Origin: a virus
Taxonomy: Duplodnaviria > Heunggongvirae > Uroviricota > Caudoviricetes
Length of the DNA stretch: 64,000 nt
Virus record (IMG/VR): IMGVR_UViG_3300021479_000008
Span: 55,003-119,002 of that record
Reading direction: 5' to 3' (one strand)
Shown: one piece after another, positions 1-9,402 of the stretch
Numbering within the stretch: position 1 is the stretch's first letter
Layout: each line of letters starts with the position of its first letter
Made by a program: the position numbers and the translations under genes
Notes under the pieces: model-generated
Told to the model about the DNA's origin: nothing
The model's database searches: none
Seen by the model: only the letters and a program-made list of their open reading frames with translations

Positions 1-27
1 AAACAGATCGAAATCCAAATTGTAAAA

Positions 28-552
28 CTAGTCATCCTGTTCCTCCGCTTCTTCCATTAGACGTCGCGCGCGTTTTGCTTGTTTTCGCATTACGTCGGTT
101 GCTGCCTGTCCCCGTACTGAGCGGAGTTCTGAACTTATTTCGCTGGCTTTCAACTTTGCGAGAATGTTCAACACTAAAAGTCTTTCCTTGTATGCTTCCG
201 TTAACTGCTTGGCAAATTCGTAGATTACTTCCGACTGGTCAACTTCTTTCTGGGCATTACGTATTTCGTGGTTCAGACTCAACCGTGCTTTGACTGCACC
301 TTCCGTAGTAACGTCATGCTTGTGTCTTATCTTGATTGACTCTTCTCCACTGATACGCAACAACCGTCTCTTTGCTGTGCTGACCTTTCCCGCCGACTGT
401 GCTTGAAACCTTCCCGCTTCTATGTACAAACTTGGCTGGGATAGGGAAGCTGTCTCGAGATTATCTGCACGGAAGAACAACTTCCGTACTAGACGTCTCA
501 CGTCTACGGACTGTTCCAACATCTCAACGATTTCTTGTCGATGCTTACTCAC
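28..552 (-). CDS. hypothetical protein
   Basis: 174-aa minus-strand ORF, co-oriented and tightly spaced with neighbours. Confidence 0.45.
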   Translation of the reverse strand: MSKHRQEIVEMLEQSVDVRRLVRKLFFRADNLETASLSQPSLYIEAGRFQAQSAGKVSTAKRRLLRISGEESIKIRHKHDVTTEGAVKARLSLNHEIRNAQKEVDQSEVIYEFAKQLTEAYKERLLVLNILAKLKASEISSELRSVRGQAATDVMRKQAKRARRLMEEAEEQDD

Positions 553-555
553 AGG

Positions 556-876
556 TTAGGCTTCCTTGTTGCATCTTTTCTCTTCTCGATCAGCTTTATC
601 CCATTCAACTGCACTTCCCGTAAGATTGATAGCTTGCTTACGAGTTATCGGCCACCCAAAATCTATTTGCTTAGCTTTCCCATTCAACACATACCGGTTA
701 GCTTCTTCTTCAAAGCCATCCTTTTCCAACTTCTTTTTAATTTTCTTTAATTGCTTACGCGTAATAACAATTTGTGACTTACCTTGGCGTAGAATGACTT
801 CATCTATCTCGTCTGAATCAACAGCAGGGGAAGTAACAAATTCGATGTTTTTCGCTTTTGCCATTTTTGTCCTCAT
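556..876 (-). CDS. hypothetical protein
   Basis: 106-aa ORF. Its ATG is about 10 nt downstream of an extended -10 promoter copy, with an RBS-like GAGGAC. Confidence 0.45.
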   Translation of the reverse strand: MRTKMAKAKNIEFVTSPAVDSDEIDEVILRQGKSQIVITRKQLKKIKKKLEKDGFEEEANRYVLNGKAKQIDFGWPITRKQAINLTGSAVEWDKADREEKRCNKEA

Positions 877-877
877 G

Positions 878-890
878 TATATTATACAGA
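878..890 (-). promoter_or_regulatory. sigma70-type extended -10 promoter (minus-sense TTTCTGTATAATA), copy 1
   Basis: Plus strand tattatacagaaa. The reverse complement gives a perfect TGnTATAAT in the intergenic gap upstream of the 556..876 gene. Confidence 0.55.
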
Positions 891-914
891 AACGCGATTC
901 CTATTTCTTTGTTT

Positions 915-1499
915 TCAATTTACCCAAGTATATCCCGAAGTAATAGCTCCAATAGTACAACCAATTACTCCAAACTTCTTACCAAGTTCCTTTTGGGTGT
1001 ACTTACCAGTAGCATACAACTTACGGATCTTACGGACATCTTTGGCTGAAAGCTTAGCATTAGCGGCATCTTCACCAGACTTTTGTTGATGATGACCTGG
1101 ATATGATCCTCGTCCCTTTTTAATCATATCAGCTATATTCTGCTGCTGAGTACCCAACCACAAATGTTTCGGATTTACACAAGGCGGGTTATCACAGGAA
1201 TGGCATACGCAAAGTCTTCTTCCACTACGTTTACGAACACGTCCAATAAAAAATACATAAGCAGCGACATGGGCCAACTTTACCTTTTTCTCAGGCCAAC
1301 GAAATTGACCATAACCTTCACTAGATACACTTCCTTTCCATTCCCAACACTCGTTTGGACCACCAATTTCAACATGACTAAGAAAAGATATAAAACGAAA
1401 TAAACGAATAGAACGAGGATACATCTCCATCACTAAAGACTTGTTCTTAATAAATTGAAAATATGACGTATGTTGAATTCCCATAAACTTTCGCCTCAA
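915..1499 (-). CDS. HNH homing endonuclease
   Basis: Motifs GYGxF, HVAAY and CVCHSCDNPxCVNPxHLWLGTxxxN, as in HNH_3 homing endonucleases. Paralog of 62663..63175. Confidence 0.75.
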   Translation of the reverse strand: MRRKFMGIQHTSYFQFIKNKSLVMEMYPRSIRLFRFISFLSHVEIGGPNECWEWKGSVSSEGYGQFRWPEKKVKLAHVAAYVFFIGRVRKRSGRRLCVCHSCDNPPCVNPKHLWLGTQQQNIADMIKKGRGSYPGHHQQKSGEDAANAKLSAKDVRKIRKLYATGKYTQKELGKKFGVIGCTIGAITSGYTWVN

Positions 1500-1501
1500 C
1501 T

Positions 1502-1514
1502 ACATTATACAGAT
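1502..1514 (-). promoter_or_regulatory. extended -10 promoter copy 2 (minus-sense ATCTGTATAATGT)
   Basis: TGTATAAT about 20 nt upstream of the HNH gene ATG, followed by a GAGG RBS. Confidence 0.5.
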
Positions 1515-1525
1515 TACATAAAACA

Positions 1526-4468
1526 TTATTTTCTGGCGTACTGAAGCGCCATATATTCGTCGTGAGAAATCTTGTGTTTCTTGCAGTATCTGTAGGCTTT
1601 CATCAATTTCTGATTTTCTCGGCACCATGCGTTCAGGAATTCTGGAATAGTCTTGATGTCTTCGCCTATGCCTTCTATCTGTACACCATACCTGAATCCA
1701 GCTTTCGGTTTTGCTTCGAGTGGTACCTTTTTCTTCAACTTAAAATCGTGTTCGATGATCCTAACTGGTTCCTTGACCATCAACTCATATCCCAACGGAA
1801 TGGCTTTCAACAGGTACTTCAACTTGACTCTGGCATACAACGCGTCGTGGACTTCTTTGACCAGATTCTTTAACAACTTGTATTTCTCCGGTTTACGTTC
1901 TATCGTTGCAACACTCATCGTAAGTATCTGATGTGCTGCACCTTGAATTGGGCTGTTGACACTTCTGTTCCAGTAACTCTTCCCAGCTTCTTCCTGTGCC
2001 TCCGTCATCAACTGGCGTTTGAATCCAAAGATGTTCGCGATGTACTTATGCTTCTCTACAAACTTACGATACCTATCCTGTAATTTCTTCACCCCCGGAA
2101 ATTTCTTAAAGTATGCTTCCAGCTGTTTGTTGATTTCTTTCAATGTCGTCTTTACACCTTTGGCTGTGACGAAATCAAATAAACCGGGACCCATCAACCC
2201 AAACACAATACCAAAATGGATGTTCTTGATCAACTTACGAAAACGATCGTTGTGGGCAATGATCTCTTTCCTCCATCCTGTTATCGCATGACCAACATCA
2301 ACGTGCGGATCTGGTTTATGCCACTTACCACAACCATGATTCTTCGGATTACAGAACCACTTCTTCTTGGATGAAAAAATACGTATCAGTTCTTTGTCGC
2401 CAGATTCTTCAGCTAGTTCTCGTAACTCATTCTGGGAGAAATCGTATCCAAGATAAACGTCGTAATCGGCGAACTGTTTCCACGTCTTATCGGTAAAGTC
2501 TCCGTGCTCCAACCAGTATTCATACAACTTCCACCAACGTTCGTCACTTACACTGACTTGTTTTATAAAAGGGTCACCATGAATATTCTGGAAGTTAATA
2601 ACATTGTCGTCTGTCCGTTCTTTACTCTTACCAGATGACATCCTACCTGTACTCGTGCCTGTCACTTTCCAGATTGTACGTAGGCGGCGATCATTGAGAT
2701 CAGCACAGTTTTTGTAACTATCCAACATACTAAGTGCTTTGTCTACTTCACGGAACTTCTTGACTGGTTTGAGCTTTTTGTGTTTCTGTTCTAGAATCTC
2801 CATCGTACCGGCACGAGTATTGGCTCCCGACTCCAGTGGCTCGATCCCAAGTTTTTCGTAGATCAACCACCACATCTGATCTGGCGATCCCGGATTCCAT
2901 TTCTTTTCTACCCACTTACCGGTCTTACGACTTTTGTATTTGACCTTTTTCGATCCAGCCAATTCTAACAACTGTTTCGATGCACGACGTTTACGGACTT
3001 TGAATAACGGCCGTATCTTCTTGTACCAACGATAATCAAAACACGGAAAGCATTCTCGGTCATGCTGCATCCTATACAATACTACACTGGCATCAATATA
3101 AACTCCCATCAACGGAGGATTACCGGCATGACGATTACCACGTTCTACTACCTTTTCAAGATGGCAGTCTGCTCCGTTGTACAACACCATCTTCTTCCAT
3201 GGAAGTCTTGCAAGATTCACTTTACCAGTTTTTTCGGCTTGATCTACTTTAGTCCAAGCATCACTTTTCTTAGTTTTTATGAACTCACGATACTTTAACG
3301 TAAGGCCTTCCGGATACTTGATGGCTTTGTATCCCATGTAGTCTGGATACTTACGATCGGAAATAGCTTCCAGTCCATAGGCTTTAGCATTCGGATCGAG
3401 GAAATATTCTCCGAGCAACGAATCGTACTGGGCTTTTACTGGAACACCAAGAAACCTGGTAGCGGAATCTGTATCGTGTGCCGCCATATGAGCCGATTTC
3501 CGTATCTTCGGATTCGTAAGAAGTTTTCGGAGCAACTTCTTATTCAACTCCCTAGCTGCTTGACTGGATCCTGAATCTGGGTGATCGACGGCAAAAGTAT
3601 AGCTCGTATCTTTCGTTTGACAGCCTATACAAAGTAATGCCCATTTTCCGTTGTCATCTGACTTACCGTGTTTGTCAAGCTTTCCTTCTTCCGTATCAAA
3701 GACTAAAGTATGACCACTCAACGCTTCTCGTTTCAAACGTCGGTAGGCGATACGGGCTTGCTTTCTAGTCGTGACTCCTCTTGAGTCCAATGTCTTGATG
3801 AAATAGAACTGGTCTCTGACGTTGTGCTTGCGCTTGAGAATGTTTCTGGCAGCATCTAGATCTGAACGGAAGCGTTTCAACGAATCATTGGCTGGCCTTT
3901 TGTCACCTGCGGAATAACCCTGCCGGATGAAATACGCGGGGTGATCTAAATAAACAACCCACGCTTTCAATGCTTCGGAAAAGAATACCCGCTTGTTATT
4001 GTTGAACTCTTTTCCGAGTACGGCTTTACCTGCTATCTGTCCGCATACTAAATGCAACCGTGCTTTGGATTTCTGTTTCGCTTGTTCCGTGTACAATGAA
4101 CAACACTTGATTTCTTCTTTAGTGGGAGTCCGCATCTTCAACGGAGGATATACATTTTTCATTACATCAACTGGAACGCACCTTACTACGTTCTGTATAT
4201 CTACCATATCTCGCGTGATGCCTACCCGCCTTAGTTCGTACCACAAAAACTTTCCGGCTGGACCAATAGCTTCCCGTCTCTTTTTATTCTCCTTCATTCC
4301 CGGTGATTGTAACCACACAAATATCTTACGTCCACGAACTTTGCCCATTATCTTATGAACACCATGTACTTTATCTAATGGACAGAAGTCGCACCCCTTT
4401 CCACGGAGTGGCTTTCCGGGTAATACATCTTCCGAACGTTGTATCTGGATAAGTGGGGTGAACGACAC
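1526..4468 (-). CDS. family A DNA polymerase with N-terminal family-4 UDG-like domain and 3'-5' exonuclease region
   Basis: Pol A motif A (YLGYDFSQNELRELAE), motif B-like (FGIVFGL) and motif C (VHDA). The N-terminus has GKGCDFCPL ... QSPGMKENKKRREAIGPAGKFL, resembling the UDG family 4 GEAPG...G.PF.G.AG..L pattern. Confidence 0.85.
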   Translation of the reverse strand: MSFTPLIQIQRSEDVLPGKPLRGKGCDFCPLDKVHGVHKIMGKVRGRKIFVWLQSPGMKENKKRREAIGPAGKFLWYELRRVGITRDMVDIQNVVRCVPVDVMKNVYPPLKMRTPTKEEIKCCSLYTEQAKQKSKARLHLVCGQIAGKAVLGKEFNNNKRVFFSEALKAWVVYLDHPAYFIRQGYSAGDKRPANDSLKRFRSDLDAARNILKRKHNVRDQFYFIKTLDSRGVTTRKQARIAYRRLKREALSGHTLVFDTEEGKLDKHGKSDDNGKWALLCIGCQTKDTSYTFAVDHPDSGSSQAARELNKKLLRKLLTNPKIRKSAHMAAHDTDSATRFLGVPVKAQYDSLLGEYFLDPNAKAYGLEAISDRKYPDYMGYKAIKYPEGLTLKYREFIKTKKSDAWTKVDQAEKTGKVNLARLPWKKMVLYNGADCHLEKVVERGNRHAGNPPLMGVYIDASVVLYRMQHDRECFPCFDYRWYKKIRPLFKVRKRRASKQLLELAGSKKVKYKSRKTGKWVEKKWNPGSPDQMWWLIYEKLGIEPLESGANTRAGTMEILEQKHKKLKPVKKFREVDKALSMLDSYKNCADLNDRRLRTIWKVTGTSTGRMSSGKSKERTDDNVINFQNIHGDPFIKQVSVSDERWWKLYEYWLEHGDFTDKTWKQFADYDVYLGYDFSQNELRELAEESGDKELIRIFSSKKKWFCNPKNHGCGKWHKPDPHVDVGHAITGWRKEIIAHNDRFRKLIKNIHFGIVFGLMGPGLFDFVTAKGVKTTLKEINKQLEAYFKKFPGVKKLQDRYRKFVEKHKYIANIFGFKRQLMTEAQEEAGKSYWNRSVNSPIQGAAHQILTMSVATIERKPEKYKLLKNLVKEVHDALYARVKLKYLLKAIPLGYELMVKEPVRIIEHDFKLKKKVPLEAKPKAGFRYGVQIEGIGEDIKTIPEFLNAWCRENQKLMKAYRYCKKHKISHDEYMALQYARK

Positions 4469-5604
4469 TAGTTCGTCTCCTGTTTACTTGTGACACACAA
4501 CCAATACTTCCCGGCTGTGATATAACTTACACCATGCTTTTGATCGACACGTACAACCATTCCTTGTTTTTTCGTTTTACTTACCAAGAAGCCAAACACA
4601 GGCTCTAAGCTGTCCAGAGGCCAATTTACCTTCAACGAAGCTGGTAGATGCTTTACTATCGGTAACCATTCCTTAAATCTAACACCCGGTAGATTAGTGG
4701 TTACCTGGAGGAGATTATCTCCCTTACTACCACGTACATTCACGACCCAGTCTTTTCTTTGTGCCCCTTGGAGATAATAACCAAGCCTCAACATGATGCG
4801 AGACATTCTACGCGACGAGGCGGTAAAACTGACTGGGAATGTTTCTGACTTCTTTGCGTTCTTGGTTATCTCGCGAAGGGGAAATTTCTCTATCGCGGCT
4901 TCACTGACTGGTTGCCACAATACTCCACGATCGAACTTCAGGACTACATACTTCCCTATCCAGTTTACACTTTTAAGTCCTGTCTCTGTTAGTAGACGTA
5001 TCATCTGGAGTGGGAACGGGATTGACGATTTAAGCTTACTCTTTTCTGGATCCCCCGTACCGAAATAATATACCCTGTCAGACGCGGCGTAGGCTTTGAT
5101 GGCTGCTGAACCTTTTCTAAGATAGACGCAGCTAAGGTACGGGACCATCGTATCACTGACAGCACAATTCTGTCCGCAGGTTAATAACGCGCGTACATCG
5201 TCGGTAATTGGTACAACACTTTCTTTTTCTTTGAGAATACGTTTGAGATCACCGTATCCGACTATGTCTTGCTGGGATTGGAATTCCGCGGAACGGGAAC
5301 CATGCTTAACGGTTAATTGTTTCTTATGGAAAGTGAACTCGAATAATGCTTTATTCTTGAGTGCTCTGGATGCATACACAAAGGGAGTGAAGAGTCTACG
5401 ATCTATAAAAAATTCACCTTCCCACTTTCCGTCTCCGTTTATACCTACTTCTCCCATGATATACGAAGCGACTGCAATCGTTATCTTCGATCCTTTTCCC
5501 CGTATCCATAAAAATTCACTGGAAGATAATCCTACCTTCTCGGGTATCAAGTCCAACAAGTGTAAAGCGGAAATTAAACGGCTACGTCTTATTGTCCACA
5601 TCAT
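4468..5604 (-). CDS. hypothetical protein (replication-module accessory, possible processivity factor)
   Basis: 378-aa ORF translationally coupled to the polymerase gene. No recognisable motif. A role as a processivity factor is suggested only by its size and position. Confidence 0.4.
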   Translation of the reverse strand: MMWTIRRSRLISALHLLDLIPEKVGLSSSEFLWIRGKGSKITIAVASYIMGEVGINGDGKWEGEFFIDRRLFTPFVYASRALKNKALFEFTFHKKQLTVKHGSRSAEFQSQQDIVGYGDLKRILKEKESVVPITDDVRALLTCGQNCAVSDTMVPYLSCVYLRKGSAAIKAYAASDRVYYFGTGDPEKSKLKSSIPFPLQMIRLLTETGLKSVNWIGKYVVLKFDRGVLWQPVSEAAIEKFPLREITKNAKKSETFPVSFTASSRRMSRIMLRLGYYLQGAQRKDWVVNVRGSKGDNLLQVTTNLPGVRFKEWLPIVKHLPASLKVNWPLDSLEPVFGFLVSKTKKQGMVVRVDQKHGVSYITAGKYWLCVTSKQETN

Positions 5605-6758
5605 AAATTTATTGTTGTTCCTACTACACTTTTATCTTTAGCCAAGGAAAGAAACTCAGCACGAACTGTTGGGTTTGTTTTGAATATTCCGTCAAGACTG
5701 GATGTCTCTACAAAACTGTCTGGTTGATTTACTCCACGCATTATCATACAATAATGTCTTCCAGTGACTATACATCCAGCTCCTTTGCATCCCTTAAGAG
5801 TCATAAGAGCTTGCGTAACATCTTGAGTAAACCGTTCTTGTATTACAGGGCGGCGTGCTAATATAGTAACCAGCCGCGACAATTTCGATAACCCCAATAC
5901 ACGTCCACCTTTACTTTTTGATGGTATATACGCAACTGTTACGTGATAATCAACTGGAAGCAGGTGATGGGGACACATCGAAAAAGCACGTATATTTTTA
6001 CTCAAGATCATTTGACTATTTGTGCAAGGAAAACCTTCCATTAAAATATCTTTTACTTGACCGTCTGTATCTTTCACCCCCTCAAATATCTCAGCATACG
6101 CACGTGCCACTCGTTTGGGAGTTGCCTTAAAATTCTCATCTTTCAAATTCAACTTAAAAGCTTGCTTCAAACCTTTGAAAATATAATGTACTCCTTTTTC
6201 GATATTTCTAATACCAAAAAACTTTGCTTTGGCTTTGTCTTGCTCGGCATGTAACTTTCTGTGACAAACATTACACAAGACTGCCAAATTTTCAATAGCA
6301 TTATTACCTAATTCTGTAGATATGTTTACTCCATCTCTATGGTGAACATGGAACTCACGCCTATGTAAATCTTTTTTAGTAATACCACAGCGTTCACAAA
6401 CATATCCGTAATGTTTTAACGCCCTTTTTCTATATCCAGTATATTCTTCTCTTCGCATTTCGCGTTGCTTGGGATCCTTAAACTGGAGAATGGCGTCTTG
6501 CTTTCTTTTTTCCATTAACTGGCGAGCTTTTTTCTTACCGAATTGTTGTTCATAACTTTTTCCTCTTGTAGCTATTCCGCGAATATATTCTAAATACTCG
6601 CAATCAAGTTTAGCTCCGGGGAATTTTTTCTTATACTTTCTACTACTAATACCATGCATATATCTCAAATGGGTATTAGTAATACGTTCAAACTTTTTCT
6701 TACACAACTTACAACGAACATATTTCTTTAATTTTAGATTCTCTAAATTAACTAGCAT
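5601..6758 (-). CDS. folE: HNH endonuclease domain fused to GTP cyclohydrolase I (FolE)
   Basis: C-terminal half has FolE motifs (FSMCPHHLLPV, YIPSKS, GLSKLSRLV, ARRPVIQERFT). N-terminal ~190 aa carries an HNH motif (HVHHRDG ... NLAVLCNVCHRKLH). No internal Met precedes the FolE core, so this is probably a true fusion. Confidence 0.75.
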   Translation of the reverse strand: MLVNLENLKLKKYVRCKLCKKKFERITNTHLRYMHGISSRKYKKKFPGAKLDCEYLEYIRGIATRGKSYEQQFGKKKARQLMEKRKQDAILQFKDPKQREMRREEYTGYRKRALKHYGYVCERCGITKKDLHRREFHVHHRDGVNISTELGNNAIENLAVLCNVCHRKLHAEQDKAKAKFFGIRNIEKGVHYIFKGLKQAFKLNLKDENFKATPKRVARAYAEIFEGVKDTDGQVKDILMEGFPCTNSQMILSKNIRAFSMCPHHLLPVDYHVTVAYIPSKSKGGRVLGLSKLSRLVTILARRPVIQERFTQDVTQALMTLKGCKGAGCIVTGRHYCMIMRGVNQPDSFVETSSLDGIFKTNPTVRAEFLSLAKDKSVVGTTINL

Positions 6759-7114
6759 ACGACTATGGCTCCGTTCTCGCCGTCTTCTGAGACTTCCACT
6801 GAATGTATCTTGTATGTTCCATCTGCTTCGACGAATGAGATTATGTCTTCAGCGATCATCTCACATGACTTTGCACCAAACTGGTGTATAGAACTTCCAC
6901 CGGAGAACAGCTCATCTACTCTTTCACGAAGAGTAATAAATTCAACGTCACGATCATTATGCCCTACTTGCACTGTTACCTTTACGTGGAACTCATGCCG
7001 ATGATTATCGCGCAAATACTTAACTTCACTGGGTGCATCCGGCCATCTATGAAAACCTACAAATCGTGTCGTACAGTACACATACGTTTTTGCGTCTAGC
7101 ATTATTTCCTCCAA
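6752..7114 (-). CDS. queD: QueD-like 6-carboxy-tetrahydropterin synthase (PTPS family)
   Basis: ~116-120 aa with the His-rich zinc motif (DNHRHEFHVKV) typical of QueD/PTPS. The likely true start is the ATG at 7102, with a GGAGG RBS and a promoter copy immediately upstream. Confidence 0.7.
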   Translation of the reverse strand: MEEIMLDAKTYVYCTTRFVGFHRWPDAPSEVKYLRDNHRHEFHVKVTVQVGHNDRDVEFITLRERVDELFSGGSSIHQFGAKSCEMIAEDIISFVEADGTYKIHSVEVSEDGENGAIVVC

Positions 7115-7116
7115 GC

Positions 7117-7129
7117 TTATTATACAGAA
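7117..7129 (-). promoter_or_regulatory. extended -10 promoter copy 3 (TTTCTGTATAATAAGCTTGGAGG cassette)
   Basis: Perfect TGTATAAT followed by AAGCTTGGAGG and the ATG of queD. The 23-nt cassette is identical to copy 4. Confidence 0.6.
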
Positions 7130-7138
7130 ATGGAAAAG

Positions 7139-8119
7139 CTAAACAGCAAGACTCTGCCAGCGCGTTTTTCCCGAGCGTACAACCTCTTTCAAATGCTGGA
7201 TACGGTTACAGAATATGTATACGTTGTACATTGATCTGGCTGCCCCGTCTGTCAACAGTTGCTTCGGATCGAATCCATTGTCCTCGATCTCATGGTTTAT
7301 CTCACGCTGTTTATTCTTCGGAAGATCGAGATACTCTATACCACGTCCTTGACCATGCCTACGATCACTAAGATGAATATACCCAAACGTATCGTTAACA
7401 CCCGCACTGGTACTAAGAATACAACCGAATGCCGCGACTTTGGCCCACGTCGCACTGTCGACCGAGTACCATTCGTACCCATACATTAACGAAAGACTCG
7501 TAACCGCCAGACCGTGGAGCAGCACTCCATACTTAGCCGCAATATTAAAACACCTGTCGTAATAATACCGCATGTACTTATTACTACGTTTGACCGATCC
7601 TAGACAGATCAACTTATGTCCTTCCTCACAATACCTTTTCAACCACTCATCTGGCTGGTCACCGTGATATACCGGTACTGGACGAATACCCAGTTTCTCT
7701 AACTGTTTCTGCATCGCATAGATAACCGGACAGTCTCGGACGTAATCAAAATTCACAACGAAGTCCCATTTCTTTCCTTCTTTCAAAACATACTGGGCAT
7801 AGGTCTCAACTACCTTATCACGAAGCTTATCCGTATCTTTCACACTCCACTTACCACTTTTCTTTCTCAGACCCAATACCTTCAGCTTATGGAACGAATG
7901 TGCCGCGGAATCCATCATTACACCCATTCCTTTTTTCTCGGCAATCTTCAACGATTCGGCTATTTTCTTACTGTAGTAGAATCCATCCGGCGAAGTGTAT
8001 GCGTAACTGAAACAGCGGTATTTGGCTCCGTTTTTGATGAAAGCATCTTCACCCATTCCAGACGAGCCCACTCCGGAGAAATACAACAGAGGACGTTCTT
8101 CTTTCAGATGTAATTTCAT
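7139..8119 (-). CDS. dpdA: tRNA-guanine transglycosylase superfamily protein, DpdA-like (putative DNA 7-deazaguanine transglycosylase)
   Basis: 326 aa. MMDSAAHSF resembles the TGT DSGGFQ motif, LHGLAVTSL resembles GGLAVGE, and YSVDSATW sits at the position of the second catalytic Asp. The TGT CxCxxC zinc site is absent. Lies among FolE and QueD. Confidence 0.5.
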   Translation of the reverse strand: MKLHLKEERPLLYFSGVGSSGMGEDAFIKNGAKYRCFSYAYTSPDGFYYSKKIAESLKIAEKKGMGVMMDSAAHSFHKLKVLGLRKKSGKWSVKDTDKLRDKVVETYAQYVLKEGKKWDFVVNFDYVRDCPVIYAMQKQLEKLGIRPVPVYHGDQPDEWLKRYCEEGHKLICLGSVKRSNKYMRYYYDRCFNIAAKYGVLLHGLAVTSLSLMYGYEWYSVDSATWAKVAAFGCILSTSAGVNDTFGYIHLSDRRHGQGRGIEYLDLPKNKQREINHEIEDNGFDPKQLLTDGAARSMYNVYIFCNRIQHLKEVVRSGKTRWQSLAV

Positions 8120-8120
8120 A

Positions 8121-8801
8121 TCACCTACACTGGAACAACGGTCTCGCGTCTCGGTCGTCGAACTTAAGTAAGTCGCGTACTAACTGCGGTGCTTTAATCA
8201 AAGGCTTGTACCACGACTTATGTAAGTAGGCTTGAAACAAATTCTCTCGTAACTCAGGATACGGGTATATAATTACGTCATCGAATCCAGCTGGAGATAG
8301 AAGATTATCTATGATCCACATATTCGGTCTATTTCCCATATCCGTTAGCGGGGTCGTTCCTTCACGTTGGACTTCATTTGGCAGAGCGATTTCAAACCAC
8401 AACGTATCAGTCTTTTCACGGATCACGGAAAGTATATCTACGGCCGCTTGTAGTCCTATCTTGTCCTGCTGGTAACAACCCATGTCTACCAACACATGAT
8501 GGAGAACAGCTAATAAAAGCACACAATCACATTTGCCTAATGACTTTATCTGTTCAAAAGATATTCTGGAACAAATGAATGGAATGTCTTTGTACTTATT
8601 TCTTGCGACTAGAAGTGATAATAGGTCAGAATCAATACCTACAACGTTTGCACCAGCCTGTTTCAATGCATTAGTTACATATCCTTTACTACAACCAATA
8701 TCGAGAACGTTCTTATCCTGGAAGTTATAATGATCTAGCATTGTCTGGATACGGGCATTACTTCGACGCTGATAATTTTTCTGCACAATGCATCCTCGCA
8801 A
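8121..8801 (-). CDS. class I SAM-dependent methyltransferase
   Basis: Motif I VLDIGCSKG, acidic motif II (VVGIDSD) and motif IV-like (VLLLAVLHH). The track start is a TTG. An ATG at about 8741 is the more likely start. Confidence 0.7.
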   Translation of the reverse strand: MRGCIVQKNYQRRSNARIQTMLDHYNFQDKNVLDIGCSKGYVTNALKQAGANVVGIDSDLLSLLVARNKYKDIPFICSRISFEQIKSLGKCDCVLLLAVLHHVLVDMGCYQQDKIGLQAAVDILSVIREKTDTLWFEIALPNEVQREGTTPLTDMGNRPNMWIIDNLLSPAGFDDVIIYPYPELRENLFQAYLHKSWYKPLIKAPQLVRDLLKFDDRDARPLFQCR

Positions 8802-9402
8802 GATTATCTATGCTATTGGGAGTAAAGCTCCACCATACAATCTTCTTTTTATCTATTAACTGCAACATACCTGTGATCATCCAAGCAATACCCTCACGTA
8901 CGTTCTTATTCATAAATCTATGCCCGTTATCTACGTACGGAGCGTCAGTATCAAGATGAATAAGTACATCATAATCAAATGTGTGATTCAAACTTTTCAT
9001 TACCAATTCTTCCAACTCTTTCTGTGGTGCGTCTTGTCCACACAAATACAATCCACAAGCGGCACGAACTAACGATGCACTATCGGCTACGAAATCTTTT
9101 TTACCATTCTCCAGCTCAAACTGGGCTTCATGCATCGCTTTCTCGAACTCAAACTTCAGTTTTATACCCCAAGCGTTCCAACGATACTCTGCCCATTCTT
9201 CTCCGTATTTCTTGACTACTCCCTCATACGGATCTGGTATATGTTCTACACTGAGCTTTTCAGCCAGAAGTTTTGACATCGTTGTCTTTCCCGTACACTC
9301 CGCTCCAACGAATGCTATTTTCATAAACCCCTCAACTGAACCAATCGAGAAACGATTTGATTGTGTATCATAGCTGGTGATCGAACTGTACACTTGGCAC
9401 AT
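8758..9402 (-). CDS. P-loop NTPase (kinase-like)
   Basis: Walker A GAECTGKTT. The likely start is MKIAFVG at about 9324, overlapping the upstream stop by 4 nt. The fold resembles small nucleoside/nucleotide kinases. Confidence 0.5.
   Translation of the reverse strand: MCQVYSSITSYDTQSNRFSIGSVEGFMKIAFVGAECTGKTTMSKLLAEKLSVEHIPDPYEGVVKKYGEEWAEYRWNAWGIKLKFEFEKAMHEAQFELENGKKDFVADSASLVRAACGLYLCGQDAPQKELEELVMKSLNHTFDYDVLIHLDTDAPYVDNGHRFMNKNVREGIAWMITGMLQLIDKKKIVWWSFTPNSIDNLARMHCAEKLSASK

Noticed and set aside
1534-1551. Hairpin TGGCG...CGCCA near the polymerase gene 3' end as a terminator
   Set aside because: It lies inside the polymerase coding sequence and has no U-tract.
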